64,000 bases of DNA from the human T2T-CHM13v2.0 reference genome, Homo sapiens: assembly GCF_009914755.1 (NCBI RefSeq), contig NC_060935.1. The stretch is one strand, 5' to 3'. Numbering within the stretch: position 1 is the stretch's first letter; every line of letters begins with the position of its first letter. Of this stretch, positions 16,584-33,407 are shown piece after piece. Below the pieces are notes generated by a model that ran no database searches, was not told where the DNA came from, and was given only the letters and a program-made list of their open reading frames with translations. The position numbers and the translations under genes were made by a program.

Positions 16584-16880
16584 CACCAGGCGCAGTGGCT
16601 CACGTCTGTAATCCCAGCACTTTGGGAGGTTGTGGTGGGCAGATCGCTTGAGGCCAGGAGTTCAAGACCAGCCTGGTCAACATGGCAAAACCGTGTCTCT
16701 ACTAAAACTAAAAAAATTAGCTGGGTATGGTGGCACATGACTGTAGTCCCAGCTATTTGGGAGGCTGAGGCACGAGAATCACTTGAACCCAGGAGGCAGA
16801 GGTTGCAGGGAGCAGATATCAAGCTACAGCACTCCAACTTGGGCAAAAAAGCAAGCAAGCCTCTGTCTCAAAAAAAAAAA
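16584..16880 (+). mobile_element. Alu (S/J)
   Basis: Full Alu dimer with A tail. Confidence 0.92.
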
Positions 16881-17029
16881 TAATAACTTTTTTCAATCAT
16901 ATTTGTTATAAATATTTTTCCAGTTTATTCTTGTCTTTTAAACTGTGTGATATTCTCTGATCTGCAGAAGGTAAAAGTTTTATGTATTTAAGCTACACAA
17001 TCTTTTCCCTTAGAATTTGTGTTGCTTTT

Positions 17030-17700
17030 AAAAAAATTAACCTTTTTTATTTTGAGATAATTATAGATTCACAGGCAGCATATAAGAAATAATACAAGCC
17101 AGGCACAGTGGCATTCACCTGGAGTCCCAGCTACTCAGGAGGCTGAGGTGGGAGGATCGCCTGAGTCCCAGCATGGGCAACATGGTTAAGACTCTATCCC
17201 TTTAAAAAATACTACTACTAGTAATACAGAAATCCCATGTACCCTTTATCCAGTTTCTCCCAAAGGCAACATCTAGCAAAACTGTACTACAATATAACAA
17301 CCAGGATATTAATATTGATATAGTCAGTATACAGAACATTTTCCATCACCACAAGGACCCCTTATGTTGCCCTTTCATGGCACACTCACTCTTCCCTACT
17401 CCTATTCCCCTCTTAACTCCTAGCAACAACTAATCAGTCCTCTATTTCTATAATATTGCCACGTCAATTATAAATGGAATCATATAGTATGTAACCTTTG
17501 GGAATTAGTTTTTTCCCCCTACTCAGCATAATTCTCTGGAAATTCATCTAGGTTGTTGTATATATAGTTCATTCCTTTTTATTGCTAAGTGTATACCACA
17601 GTGTGTATATATATATGTACCACAGTTTATTCACCTCCTAAAAGACATATGGGTTGTTTCCAGTTCTTGGCTATTGAAATTAAGCTGCTATAAATATTCA
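17030..17700 (-). mobile_element. Old L1M 3' fragment (antisense) containing an Alu right-arm fragment at ~17097-17207
   Basis: Reverse L1 3' end motifs (tataaatggaatcatatagtatgta, ttccagttcttggctatt). Confidence 0.75.
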
Positions 17701-18901
17701 CAAAGACTCATATGCAAAAGTTCATAGCTACTTGAGTCATAAGAGTGCAAAGCTAGGAACAACCCAAATGTTCCTCAACTGGTGAATGGACAAATTATGG
17801 TATAAGCATATAACTAAATAATTAGCCCTAGAATAAAGGCTGTTCTGGACCCAAACTAAAAAATGTTAAAGCTTTAAAGGATTCAACTATTTTCTACTAA
17901 CCTAAATGCTAACCTAATAAATCCAACACTATTTAAAGTACTAAAACAAAATCCAGCACCTAACAATGCAAAATTTGTAATATCCATCATCCAATCAAAA
18001 CCTACCAGGTATGCAAAAAAAAAAAAAAAAAAAAGGGAAATTAGGACCCATTACCAGGAGAAAAATTAGTCAACAGAAACATTCCCAGAAATGGCATGGA
18101 TGATGAAATTAGCAATTAAAACAGTCAAGAAAGCTATTACAGATATGAATCATACGTTTAAGAGAGTAAAATATGAATAAATGAGACATAAAAAAGACCC
18201 AAATGAAACTTCTAGAGATGATAATGTCTGAAATTAAAAAACACTGAATAAGATTAACAGTGGGTTAGATACAGTAGAAGAAGACATCAATAAACCTGAA
18301 GACATAGCAAGAAAAACTATTCAAAACTAAGCATGGTAAGAAAAAAAAAAGTGAACAGAACTCACATGACCTGTGGGGCAATATCAAACATATATGCAAC
18401 TGGAGAGCCAGAAGGAAATAAAAGAGAGACAAAAAGACACAGATCATTAATAAAATAATGGCCAAAAATATAGATCATGGGTCTAAGCTTCCACCTTGAG
18501 AAACTAGAGAAAGGCAAATTAAACCAAAAGTACCAGAAAGAAAGAAACACAAGTCAATGAAATAAGAAACAAACAAACAAAAAGAAACCAAATTACAGTT
18601 CTCTGAAAAGATCAACAAGGATGATAAACCTCTGGGCAGCTTGATCAGGAAAAGAAACAAATTACCAGGATCAAGAATAGAAGAGGGTGCACCCTACAGA
18701 TCTTACGTATATTAAATGGATAATTAGACTATATTATGAACAACTTTATACTAACAATAAAGTTGACAATATGGATGAACTATGTAAATTCCTTGAAAGA
18801 TACAAACTATCAAAAGTTCACTCAAGAAGTGAATGAACGAATAGCACTATATCCATAAAATACATTAAATTCATAGACATCTTCCCACAAATAAAACTCC
18901 A

Positions 18902-19285
18902 GGCCAACTGGGCACAGTGGCTCATGCCTATAATCCCAGCATTTTGGAGGCCAAGACCAGAAGATTGCTTAAGAGCAGGAGTTCAAGACCAGGCATGAGT
19001 AGCTGGGCCTACAGGCATGCACCACCACGCCTGGCTAATTTTTTAAATTTTAAAAATTGAAAAATTAAAAAATTAGCCAGGCATGGTGGTGCATGCCTGT
19101 AGGCTCAGCTACTGAGGCTGAGGTGGGAGGGTTGCTTGAGCCCAGGAGATCAAACAGTGAGCCATGATCACGTGCCACTGTACTCCAGCCTGGGCAACAG
19201 GGCAAGACCCTGAAAAAAAAAAGAAAGAAAGAAAGAAAAAGAAAAAGAAAAAGAGAAAGCAAGCAAGCAAGCAAGCAAGCAAGCA
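18902..19285 (+). mobile_element. AluJ with internal inverted duplication and (GAAA)/(AAGC)n tail
   Basis: Left arm, then a reverse copy of its own linker/right-arm start, then the right arm. Confidence 0.9.
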
Positions 19286-20115
19286 ACTCCAGACCAAGAT
19301 AATATCACTGGAGAATTCCACATAACTTTTATGGAATAAATAACAGTAACTCTATGAAACTTTTCCAGAAAATAGAAAAAGGAACACATCCCAATGCATT
19401 TTATGAGGCCAGGATTACCCTGAAATCAAAACCAAAGAAATTACAGGAAAAGAAAATCACAGACCAATATCCCTCACATATGCAAGACCTATACACTGGA
19501 AACTACAACACACTGCTGAGAGAACTTTTAAAAGATCTAAATAAATGGTGAGATATAAGACGTTCATGAACTAGAAGATTCAATATCGTTACAGTATTGA
19601 TTCTTCCAAATTGATCTAAAGATTCAAAGCAGTACCAATCAAAATCCCATCAGCCTTTTTCATAAAAACTGACAAACTGATTGTAAATTTATCTGAAATT
19701 GTGAAGGAAATAGCCAAAATAATCTTGGGAAAAAAAATCTGAACAACTTGAACTACCCAAAATAAAGACTTACTATAAAGACATAGTAATAAGGACCGTG
19801 TGCTATTGGTACAAGTAGAGACATACAGATCAATGGAACAGAATAGAGCCCAGAAGAGACAAGCACACGCATGGTCAACTGGTTTGTCAAGCAAATGTCA
19901 AGCTAATTAAATGTAACAAAAGAAGCTGAACAATTGGGTATTTGATATGGAAAAAAATAAACCTCAGTCCTGACACCTCAGATCATCTATAAAGGTTAAC
20001 TCAAAATAGATCACAGGCCTAAATGTAAAAGCTAAAACTGTAGAATTTCTAGAAAACATGGGAATTGGGAAACCTTGGGTTAGCCAAATATTTCTTAAAC
20101 AGAACATAAAAAATG

Positions 20116-20606
<491 letters not shown>

Positions 20607-20893
20607 TTAAAAATTGGCAAACTACTTGAACAGACACTTCAAAGATATGCAGATGGCAAATAAGCACATGAAAAAATGTTCATCATCATTAGTCACTGGA
20701 GAAAGGTAAATTAAAGTCACAATTAAGGTATCATTTTACACTCACTAGAATGGATAAAATTAAAAAGACTGACAAGACAAAGTGTTACCAAGGATGTGGA
20801 GGAACTTTAATTGCCATACACCGCTGGTGGGAAGGGAAAAAGTAGACCTACTTAGGAAAGCAGGTTGACAGTTTCTAATAAAGTTAAACAGGT

Positions 20894-21195
20894 GGCCGGG
20901 CGCGGTGGCCCACAGGCCCACACCTATAATCCCAGCACTTTGAGGGGCTGAGGCAGGCAGATCACTTGAGGTCAGGAGTTTGAGACCAGCCTGGCCAACA
21001 TGGTGAAACCCCGTCTCTACTAAAAATACAAAAATTATTCAGGTGTGGTGCCAGGCACCTGTAATCTCAGCTACTTGGGAGGCTGAGGCAGGAGAATCAC
21101 TTGAACCCACGAGGTAGAGGTTGCAGCGAGCTGAGATTGCTCTGCAAACTCCAGCCTGGGCGACAAAGTGAGACTGTCTTGAAAAACAAAAACAA
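20894..21195 (+). mobile_element. AluS
   Basis: Full Alu with a small ggcccaca duplication near its 5' end; TSD aaagttaaa. Confidence 0.93.
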
Positions 21196-21803
21196 AGTTA
21201 AATATACAATTACCTTAAACCCAAAAATCTCACTCCTAGGTATAGACTCAAAAGAAATACAAATATATGTTCAAACAAAGACTCATATGCAAAAGTTCAT
21301 AGCTGCTTGAGTCATAAGAGTGCAAAGCTAGGAATAACCCAAACGCTCCTCAACTGGTGAATGGACAAACAAATTATGGTATAAGTATATAACTGACTAC
21401 TACTCAGCAAGAAAAAAATTTCAGATACACTCAATAACAAACATGAATGTCAAAAGTATTACGCTAAATCAAAGAAGCCAATGAGTATATGCAGTATGAT
21501 CACTTACATAGAAAAGGCAAAACTAAAGGCACAGAAAGCACTTCAGTTGTTTCCAGGGGCAGGAGAAGGGCATTAGCTACAAAGGGGGAGCTTTCTGGAG
21601 TAATGGAAATGTTCTTTATCAAAATTACGGTGTGATTACACAAACTCTATATATTTGTCAAAACTCATCCAACCGTACATTTAAAACTGGTTAATATTAC
21701 TGTTTATATATTATACCTCAATAATGAAGCTGATTTTTTAAAAATCTGTAACATCTCTTTTCTGGGCTGACAGCTAACAAAAAAATGAGAAGACACTGTT
21801 TAC

Positions 21804-21952
21804 CTTCCCAGTCCTCCATGTAAGGGGCCTCCTCAGCTTCTTTCTCTGGAGAAAATCTGTCAATGAATTTTCCTTCTTTCATGACCCTGGTGATTTCTCG
21901 GAGCTGATGTAGCAACCGTTTCTCTTGGTCAGAAGTCACAGTCTGTGCTCTG
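21804..21952 (-). CDS. RIC3: RIC3 coding exon 5 (149 nt, or 146 nt from the distal NAGNAG acceptor)
   Basis: Acceptor tttctaag|CAG|AGCA and donor GAAG|gtaaac. Translates (S)RAQTVTSDQEKRLLHQLREITRVMKEGKFIDRFSPEKEAEEAPYMEDWE. Phase 2 in, phase 1 out. Confidence 0.96.
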
Positions 21953-23895
21953 CTTAGAAATATCAGACAATCCAACCATTTAGTGGTAAATACTCCTAGG
22001 CAATGGACGTAAACATCACTATGGTCTGTCTGGGTACTGGAATAGAAAGTGCAATTGCAGCAGATAATTATTCTAGGAATTGATCCTCCAACTGCATAGC
22101 TGGGAACTAGAGATGTTAGTTCAATGCTTTGATTTTATAAATGGGAAAATTAAAGCCCAGAATAGATCAAGTGATTGCCCAAGGTCCCGAAATTAGTTAA
22201 TGTCAATACTAGGACCAGACCCCAGATGTCTCAGCTTTTAGTTCAGTGTTTTTTCAGGGTATGTCAATGCCCTGATTCTCTAATCGCCTAACAATTTCAC
22301 TGCTACTCACATTACTCCATTTACTACAAGCCACTTTTCTCTGAAGCAAGGTCATCAAAGGAAAACGTTCTGGGCCATTAGCATCAACCGGGGAAAATTT
22401 ATGCTACTAGAATCACCAGGCTTAATTTACGTGTGCAGGTATAAGGATATATTCTAAAATTTCAGAGGTGGGTGATTTTGAAAATTCAATCATCTAGACT
22501 AGAGAAATTGAGGAAACTGGGGTCCACAGAGGAGAAATATTGTTTATATATTCATACTGCCACTTAATGAAGCACTATAACTAAAACCACCCAGGCTTCT
22601 GATTGCATTCTGCGCAATTCTTGAAGCACAGTGCTCAAGTTCCACATTTTGGAAAACCTGGTTTGAATCCCAACTTACTTGTGTGGTTCTGGCAAATATC
22701 TGCAAAAATAACATGAGACTCAAGGATAACAGTTTGATTGTTTTCTTCTAGAGGAAAGCACTGCATCACACTGACAGGCAAACAAGGTCCTACTTAGAAG
22801 ACTGATAACTATCTGCTTTGAGACCAGTTTTATCTAGCAGCAGGATTTAATGGAGGCTACTTATTCTCTTCTTAAAACCCAGACACAAGTTAATACAACA
22901 CTTACAAAGGAAAAATGATGTACTATGTACTAGCCTGTGGAGATGGTCGTCTATTTTTCTAACAGCCAGTTCTGAGCCTGCATTCATTTCTCTGCTCAGC
23001 CTAACTTTAGCCTTAATGACTAATAAGGAAAATGAAAAGAGTATTTCTCCTTTCAACATGAAGATAGTAACTGAGGAAAATGAACATTACCAGAGACCTC
23101 AGTGAAAGGAAAATGGAAAACACCACGAGCTCCACTTCTTCCACACCAAGTAGCTTCAAAGCCATGAACTACTAAAGATGCCTGTCTGTTCCACATTCAG
23201 CTAAAATCCTATACTTACAGGGCCTCTGATAGCTCTATTCTTCCCATCAGTACAGGAGTCCTGACTCTCCACAACTGCTCGTGTGTCCCACATAACCCCT
23301 ATTTCTTACTGTTAAAACAACCCACTTTGTGTGAGGCTTCTGGGGCAGACGAGAAGAGCTTACCTGCTTATCACAAACTCTTGTCTCTTCAGGCGGCACA
23401 TGTTACTTTTCCAGACTGTACGCAGGGCATTCTGATCTTCAATGAATGAAACAGTCTTAATTCTGTTTCCTAAGTCATGGGAAATCAGAAGCCCTTATCC
23501 TAAAAGAGGATGGGTAGACTACAGGAAGCAGGAACAGACAAGAGCTTTCCCAGAGAACTCCAAACCAAAGCATCCTCATTTCACTCTTAACAAGTATACT
23601 TTTATTGTCCATATCATGCATTACGCATTAATCATGGTCTACCTTATGACATCTTCTGAATTTATTGCAATGAATATTTTCATGGATTCCTTATCATCTC
23701 AACTTGGTTTGATACTCCTAGAGGGCAGTAATAATTAAGTTGACAACAGTATAGACACAATGCCATGATCACTGTTAAGAGCTCAATAATTACGTGTTAG
23801 TTTGATTGATCCCCATTTCCTCACCATCCATTATTTTCTTCCACCTCCCTGAATTCTGGATTCCGTTCTATCATTTTATGAAAAGTTGCAAAAAC

Positions 23896-24198
<303 letters not shown>

Positions 24199-26754
24199 AA
24201 AAACTTTTACTCCTAAGTGATTTTTCACTTTACTAAGTCCAAGGGTCTTTTTCTCACATTTCATTCTTCTTGACTTCTCTATACCATAGACCATCCTCTG
24301 CTTGAAACCTCCTCCTCCCTTAGCTATTGAGACATTTGTATTCTCCCACTTCTTTAAACATTCCTTTTATCTATGATCCTGACTCACTTTTTTCCACCCA
24401 CCTCCCAAAACAATTTTCCCAAGGCTCAATCCTAGGACTCTCATTTCTCCATTCTTATAATCATGCCCTCAGGAAGTTGACCCAGTATTACAGATTAGAC
24501 CATCACCTCTATAGAAAAGATGTCCTAATGCTACTATTAATCTTGACTTTCCACACAAATTCCTGTCTCACAACTCCAGTTATTTCCTGGGCATTTCCAC
24601 TTGGAGGCCTTGGAACTATGTTAAAGTTAACCTTAAATTCACCTCTTGAAACCAGGTCCCAGTTGGCTCAGGATCGTGAGCAACTGCATGAACAGGAAGA
24701 CCAGAAGAGGCTGAGTATGGAAGATTCTAAGATGATAGAAAAATAAAAGGTCACAGTTGGGAAACACCCTCACCAGAATTTTGAATTCTATAAGCCCAGC
24801 AGAATCATCAAGTTCCAAATGCAAGAGTTAAGTACAGAGAATTAAATAGATGTTAATACCATTCATGGTTAGAACAGAACTCAGACCAGTAAAAGATTTC
24901 AGGATACTGCAGCAGAGTCTGATATGCCTCAAAGATTTGGTGATCTCACCTTTCTCCATGGAGATTTTCTCCATCTCTCACTCCCAGCCAATGACTTCCA
25001 AACCTGAGCCCTTTGCTCTGACCTCAAGAACCAAATTTCCTATTGCTGTTTCATATTATACATGGATGTTCTGATGGCATCTCAGACACACTCAGTGCTG
25101 AACTTATGATCCCAACTCCAAAGCCTTATGTACTTTCCCTTCTTTTGTATTTTATCTTAGTTAATGCCATAATCTTCCTTCCAGTTTGGCTGTAAATCTC
25201 CAATGCATCTTTATTTATTTATTCTTCTCCATTACTCTTATCTGGTTAGTAGTTTTCTTTTGGGGAACCAACTCCTCTTCCATTCATAGTGCAAAGATTA
25301 ACGTGAGCCATCCATCCCCTACCTCTCCTTCAAGGGTGGCCATGTGACCCACTACTAATTATCACATTCCATCCCCTTGACTGCAGGGATTGATTCAGGG
25401 ATAGATATAGGACCCAAGTTGGGCCAACTGTACTTTTGGACCTTGAACACAGTGAAGCCTGAACTGAATACTTTTGACATTAAATTCATCCAGGCAACAG
25501 TCCATGAGGAGACTTTCCCTTTGTTCCTGCTCCCTAAATGCCCAAAGCTGCTCTGGTTACCACCCTTCCTGAAACCTGCATGTTCAGCTGTTCCTTTGAT
25601 ATTATGAGCTACCCCACATTCTTCCAATAAATTCTGCCTCCTCGTACTCCAAATTTTTTGCTAGCCAGAGTTGGCTGCCTGCAACCAAGGAACCCTGATA
25701 AAGCCTGTGATTTTTTTTCTTCCATTAGGTCCCCTTAACTTGCCCCCACTTTTCCACTCTCACTGGCCTATTACCATTTGCTGAAACCTTTTCAATAGCC
25801 TTCTAGTATGTAGTCACTCTATATATTACTGTAAGAGTTATTTTTCTAAAGCACAGCAAATCATGACATTTCTCCTCAAAAGCCTTCAGAGTCAAAATAA
25901 GTGTGTGTTGTGGGGGGAGAGAGGACCCAGGCAAACGAAAAAGTATATGCCAAGTCCAGAGGCAAAAAGGTACAGGTATTTTAGAGGAACAGCAAGTGGT
26001 CAGTGTGGCTGGACCACAGAGAGAGTGATGAAGAAAGATAAAGCAAGAGAGGTACACAAGGCCAGGTCACTCAGGACCACGTAAGCTACGTTAAAGATTC
26101 TGTGCTTTTTCAAAATCAAAAGGGACCTGTTGAAGGATTAAAACAAAAGAGATAATCTGTTTGGAAAACAGAAAGAAAACCGAAAGGAGGCAAAATCAGA
26201 GAAATCACATGAGATAGTTATGACCTGTATCAAAAATAGGCATTCATTCATTCACTCACTCACTCACTCACTCACTCACTCTTCTACTTCATCTAACACT
26301 TTTTTGGAGCCTTTTATGTGCCTGTGCTAAGCTCTACAGCTAAGAAGGATAATCCCTGACCTCACGGAGCCTACAGTCTTTTGCAGCAAGACAGACTTAT
26401 TAACTAAAAAGAAATGACAAGACATGGTGATTGATGAGATATGGGAAGTAAAATAAAAGGTCAATCAAGGATAACATCTAATTTCTGCTTTGGGCAACCA
26501 AGTGGATGGTGGAGCCATTTGCTGAGATGGAAATTAAAGGTAGAATAGGTTCAGTTGGGGGATAGATGACAAATGCCATCTTGGACATTCATTCATTCAA
26601 CAGATATTTATTATATGATGAGGCTAAAGGTAGGTATCTATGAGATATGTCCAGTGGGCTCTATATATAGAGGTCAGGAAATGAAGTAAAGGAATGGTCA
26701 TGATTTCCTCTTCTACCACAAAAACATACAAATGCTTAATCAAAAGTGAATAGG

Positions 26755-27074
<320 letters not shown>

Positions 27075-28095
27075 CTAATTCAATAAGTATTTCCTTAGTA
27101 CCTACTATACAAACACAGTGAACAAAATAGGCTAAGTCTAGCCTCAAAGAGTTTACATTCCAGGAATTCATGGCAAAAATCTGTAGTCCCACATACATAG
27201 TTGACATGCCTGCCAGGGCCCTTTGCTGCCAGAGGTTGCACCCTCCCTGCTTTTCTCATGGACTGCTTGACCATACCATGCTTCTAGCAGGTAAATTGTT
27301 ACAACTTGGCATGCTATTCCAGAAAGGAATACAGCCTGTGATTTTTTTCTTCCATTAGGTCCCCTTAATTTATCCCCACTTTTCCACTCTCACTGGCCTA
27401 TTTATTACCATTTACTGAAACCTTTTCAATAATCTTCTAGCATGTAGTCACTCTATGTATTACTATAAGAGTTATTTTTCTAAAGCACAGCAAATCGTTA
27501 CATTCCTCCTCAAAAGCCTTCAGAGTCAAAATATGTGTGTGTTGTGGGGGAAGAGGGGACCAAAATCGTAAGGACAGAAATCAGGACACCTCACTTCTGA
27601 TTCCTAGACCCTTTCCTTAGTCTCAGTGTCCTTGAGTTAAACACTGTGCTTAATATCAGACAGAACATGGCACAAGACTGACATTCTAGGTTTCATTATT
27701 TAAATATGTGTACAGACCTACATCCCTCACAAGTAAAAGCTTTCTGAAAAGTTTGATTAGATAATATCAAAAACTTTCCCCATATTTCTGTTCTTACTTA
27801 AGCATTAAGGTAAAGTTTCAGAAACTGCAGAGTTTTCTAATTTTAAGCCAACATCCTGCAGTTATGGAATATTATATAAAAGGACTTAAGAGGCTGTAAA
27901 TGAATGTATCTTTTGCTTTACCCCCAGAAACCCAGAGATGTGATACAATTTTGATCTGACAGAACAAATACTGGAATATTTTGGGCTTTTCTAATAATCA
28001 TAGGAGCACAGACTTGTAAAAGAACAAATGCCACAGAAACTGAGGTTAAAGGACACAAACTGTAAGTATAAAAGGGAAAACATGTAGAAACATGG

Positions 28096-28486
28096 TGCTA
28101 TGGTTTGAATATTTGTCTCCTCCTATACTCATGTTGAAACTTAATTGACATTGCAACAGTATTAAGAGGTGGCACCTTTATGAAGTGATTAGGACATGAG
28201 AGCAGAGCCCTCATGAACAGATTAATGCCATTATCTCAGTGGGTTAGTTATCCCAAGATGGGCTGTTATAAAGTGGGCTGGCCTCTGGTGCCTCCCTCTT
28301 TTGTATGTGCTTGCTTGCCCTTCCGCCTTTCCACCATATGATGATGCAGCAAGAAGACCCTCAACAGATACCTGCCTGTAAACCTTGGACTTCACAGCCT
28401 CCAGAACTGTGAGCTAAATAAACCTCTGTTCTTTATAAATTACCCAGTCTGTGGTATTCAGTTATACCAACAGAAAACATACGAAC
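28096..28486 (+). mobile_element. MaLR solo LTR (MST-like)
   Basis: Starts tgctatggtttgaat, has an aataaa-cctctgttctttataaattacccagtctgtggtattc 3' end, and approximate TSD catgg/tatgg. Confidence 0.85.
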
Positions 28487-29117
28487 ATATGGGCTGCCTA
28501 GCCCTTACAGTCTTTAGGGCATAAGTCCCATAGGGCCTACCTGTAAGGATAAAAGGTGTTGGATTAAGGAGTGTCAGAGAGAAAAATCACATCTGAGAAC
28601 TAAAAAATGAGAGATTTGGTAAAGAGCCAGGAGCCATGCTCTTTCTTCAGTGGGAAGAGTTGCTCCCCAGTTCCTAAGAGGTAGGGTGGAAAAAGTATTA
28701 CACAACCTTTGCCATGCTGCAGGCTTCAATCAGTATGTTCCCAAGAAGTCCACAACTCAGCATCTTATAAAAAGTAAACATTCTGGGCTAGAACCTGTGG
28801 CCCCTGAAATGAGACAGTACAACTCCAGATGTAGTACAGTGACAGCTTCTCTGCCTTTGCACATAAAAAAGGAGACATAAATCTGGGATGAAGAGGACAG
28901 ACAGTAGTTAGAGGTTATAGTATTGCATCCCTGGCTTGGGCTATAGATAGATCATGTACATGGACTGAATGGTGGAGTAATTTGAGTTAAGGGAGTCTGT
29001 TACTCAACAGTAAATAATAATGAGAAAATATCTTCATGTTGTCTCTTACCCCAAGCTCCAGGAGTTGGGTCTCCCAAGTGAGGGGCCCTGCCCACAGAGG
29101 TTTCATCTATGGTTTTC

Positions 29118-30861
<1,744 letters not shown>

Positions 30862-32156
30862 TCATGACCCTTAGGTGTGGCCTGGGGTTGCCAATGGCCC
30901 AGGTGAGTGTAAAGATATTTTTTCAGACATAACTGTCTATAATAGCCTGGGTAGTTCTCCACCCAGACTGTAGGTGGCAGCTACAGGGTTAGGGCAGAAA
31001 AGGCCAGAAAAGTATAATTGCACAAATTGGTTTAGTCACACTCATACAAATAGTCATATGTTAGATAATGTATATAAAGCATTTAGTTCAGAGTGTGGTC
31101 CTTAGTAATTGTTCAATAAATATCAATTATTATTGTACACTCACACAGATATATTAATGTATCTATACAACTTTGGGGAACATTCCAGATAGTAACTCTG
31201 CTTTCCAGGCAAAAAGAAGGTCAAGGCTCCTGGGCCCACACAGGCAAGGTTCATCCTCACAAATGTCATTTCAACAGCACTGCAGATGTTGCAGGGAAAT
31301 GCCAGGTCAGGAGGCTGCAATCTGAGGATACCCACTCTCTCATATCCAGCCAAAGACAGGCAAGGCCGAAGCCAGTGAACAAAGGGCACAGCGTACTAGT
31401 ACTATAAAGGATGGCAAATAGAGGCTAAGGTAGAGCAACGATTTCCTGGGGCAAAAACTACAGTGTGCTCACAAAGATGCAGGAGGGACATTTCAACACT
31501 TCCTTCTGCATGGGATTCTGCCACTCCCCCTAATATTCTTCCTCCATCCTTGCCAGAAGACCTAGCTGAAACTGAACCCTTCTTTGTCCTCCATCTTACA
31601 TTCTGGTTTTTCCTTCTTGGCCTTTCTATATCCACGTTTTCTTGGTTGTTGTCCACTTCTATCAACCTCCTGAAACCACCCTTTCAGATCCTCAGCCAGC
31701 CTGGTAGCAAGAGGAGTGTCTTCCCTTTGGGACATTCTAAACGGCCAGTTTGGCTCTTAACATCTAATTTACATGTAATTCTGTGCTGGCACAGTCGACA
31801 CAAACATGAATGCCTAATCTGATCACACTTGCTCTCTTCTCTCATTTTGTCTCAAGTAGAAAGCATCATGTTCAATAACCTGGTTTTACTTAAAATTATA
31901 CCTATTTTAGACAGCTAGGAAATTTTCTTTCTTAAATCATAGTTATTTCACCCTGTAGGAATTACTCACAAATTTATTCACTTTCACAATAATTTGCACA
32001 TTAAACTTTTGAAAACTGAGGTTGCTTGACAGTATGTGAATGAAAAATGTTAAATGATAAAGAATACGTAAATGACATATTTACAATTTAAAAACTGACA
32101 GTACATAAAATGAAAATAAGTGGTCTATTTATCAAAAAAAAAGCATAATTTTGAAT

Positions 32157-32472
<316 letters not shown>

Positions 32473-32513
32473 TAAATGAGAAATAGTCTGAGTCCCGTTA
32501 CATGAAAACCTAC

Positions 32514-32607
32514 CTCTCACCATTAGGTCCCACTCTGTTGATTAATTTTTCCATGGCTGCTTCTGTCTCCTTCAGTTTTTCTTGCAGTTGAGCAAGCTCA
32601 AAACTGG
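32514..32607 (-). CDS. RIC3: RIC3 coding exon 4 (94 nt): coiled-coil
   Basis: Acceptor ttttttag|CC and donor GAGAG|gtagg. Translates TSFELAQLQEKLKETEAAMEKLINRVGPNGE. Phase 1 in, phase 2 out. Confidence 0.95.
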
Positions 32608-33407
32608 CTAAAAAATAAGCAACAATCTAAGAACCATCAGAGACAACTCCCTAAACCTGTTAAAGAGACCACAAATTTTTAAAAAGCTATTGTACTGTCT
32701 AACTTCCCATTACTATCTCATTGAAGAACACCGCAGTTTTATTAAAGGATTCTGTGAATATTTAAGATTTCCAAAAAGGATGCAAAGTGTGACTGGGATA
32801 TTTAGTTCCATAGAAAATCCAGAAGTAAATCCAAAAAGCAGTTACAGCCCAGATAAACATGATTTCCTGCAATGCTTTTGCCAAGTCTCTTACTTGCGGG
32901 TGGTAAATTTTTCATAGGTTATTTTTCCTGACATACATTCTAGTCTATAAATTCTTGAGGAAAGAGCCATGTTGTATAAATTTAATTTCCCTAGAGAACA
33001 CAGAATATTCTAGTTGTATAATAAGTATCTGATGGCCATGTTTCAACAGTCAGAAGTGTTAAACTCTTTCCCTAGATCTAAAAACTGATTTTGGCAATGA
33101 TATGATTTCTCTGCCTCCATTTTGCTCTCTGCTACCAATATTTTGAAGTCTGAAAATGAGAAGTCATTCCAAACGTGAAATATTAATTTGCTAATATATT
33201 AAAAAATGAACTGGTGGTTTTGTACTTTTTGTAGTACATCAATATAAAAACTTTTGAGAATTCCCAGAACTAAGGCAAAAATGGCATCAGATTAATTTGG
33301 AGCAACTTTTGAGAAATGCTTTTAAGACATACCCACAGACTGTCCCTGTGGCTATAAAACTGTTTGACTCAATAATACCTGTGAATATACTGAGAAGGGG
33401 CACTTAC

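Noticed and set aside
21718-21803. Exon 5 read-through tail (GKQCLLIFLLAV...) as an isoform
   Set aside because: Unlike exon 2, there is no adjacent minus-strand AATAAA, and it runs into antisense L1.
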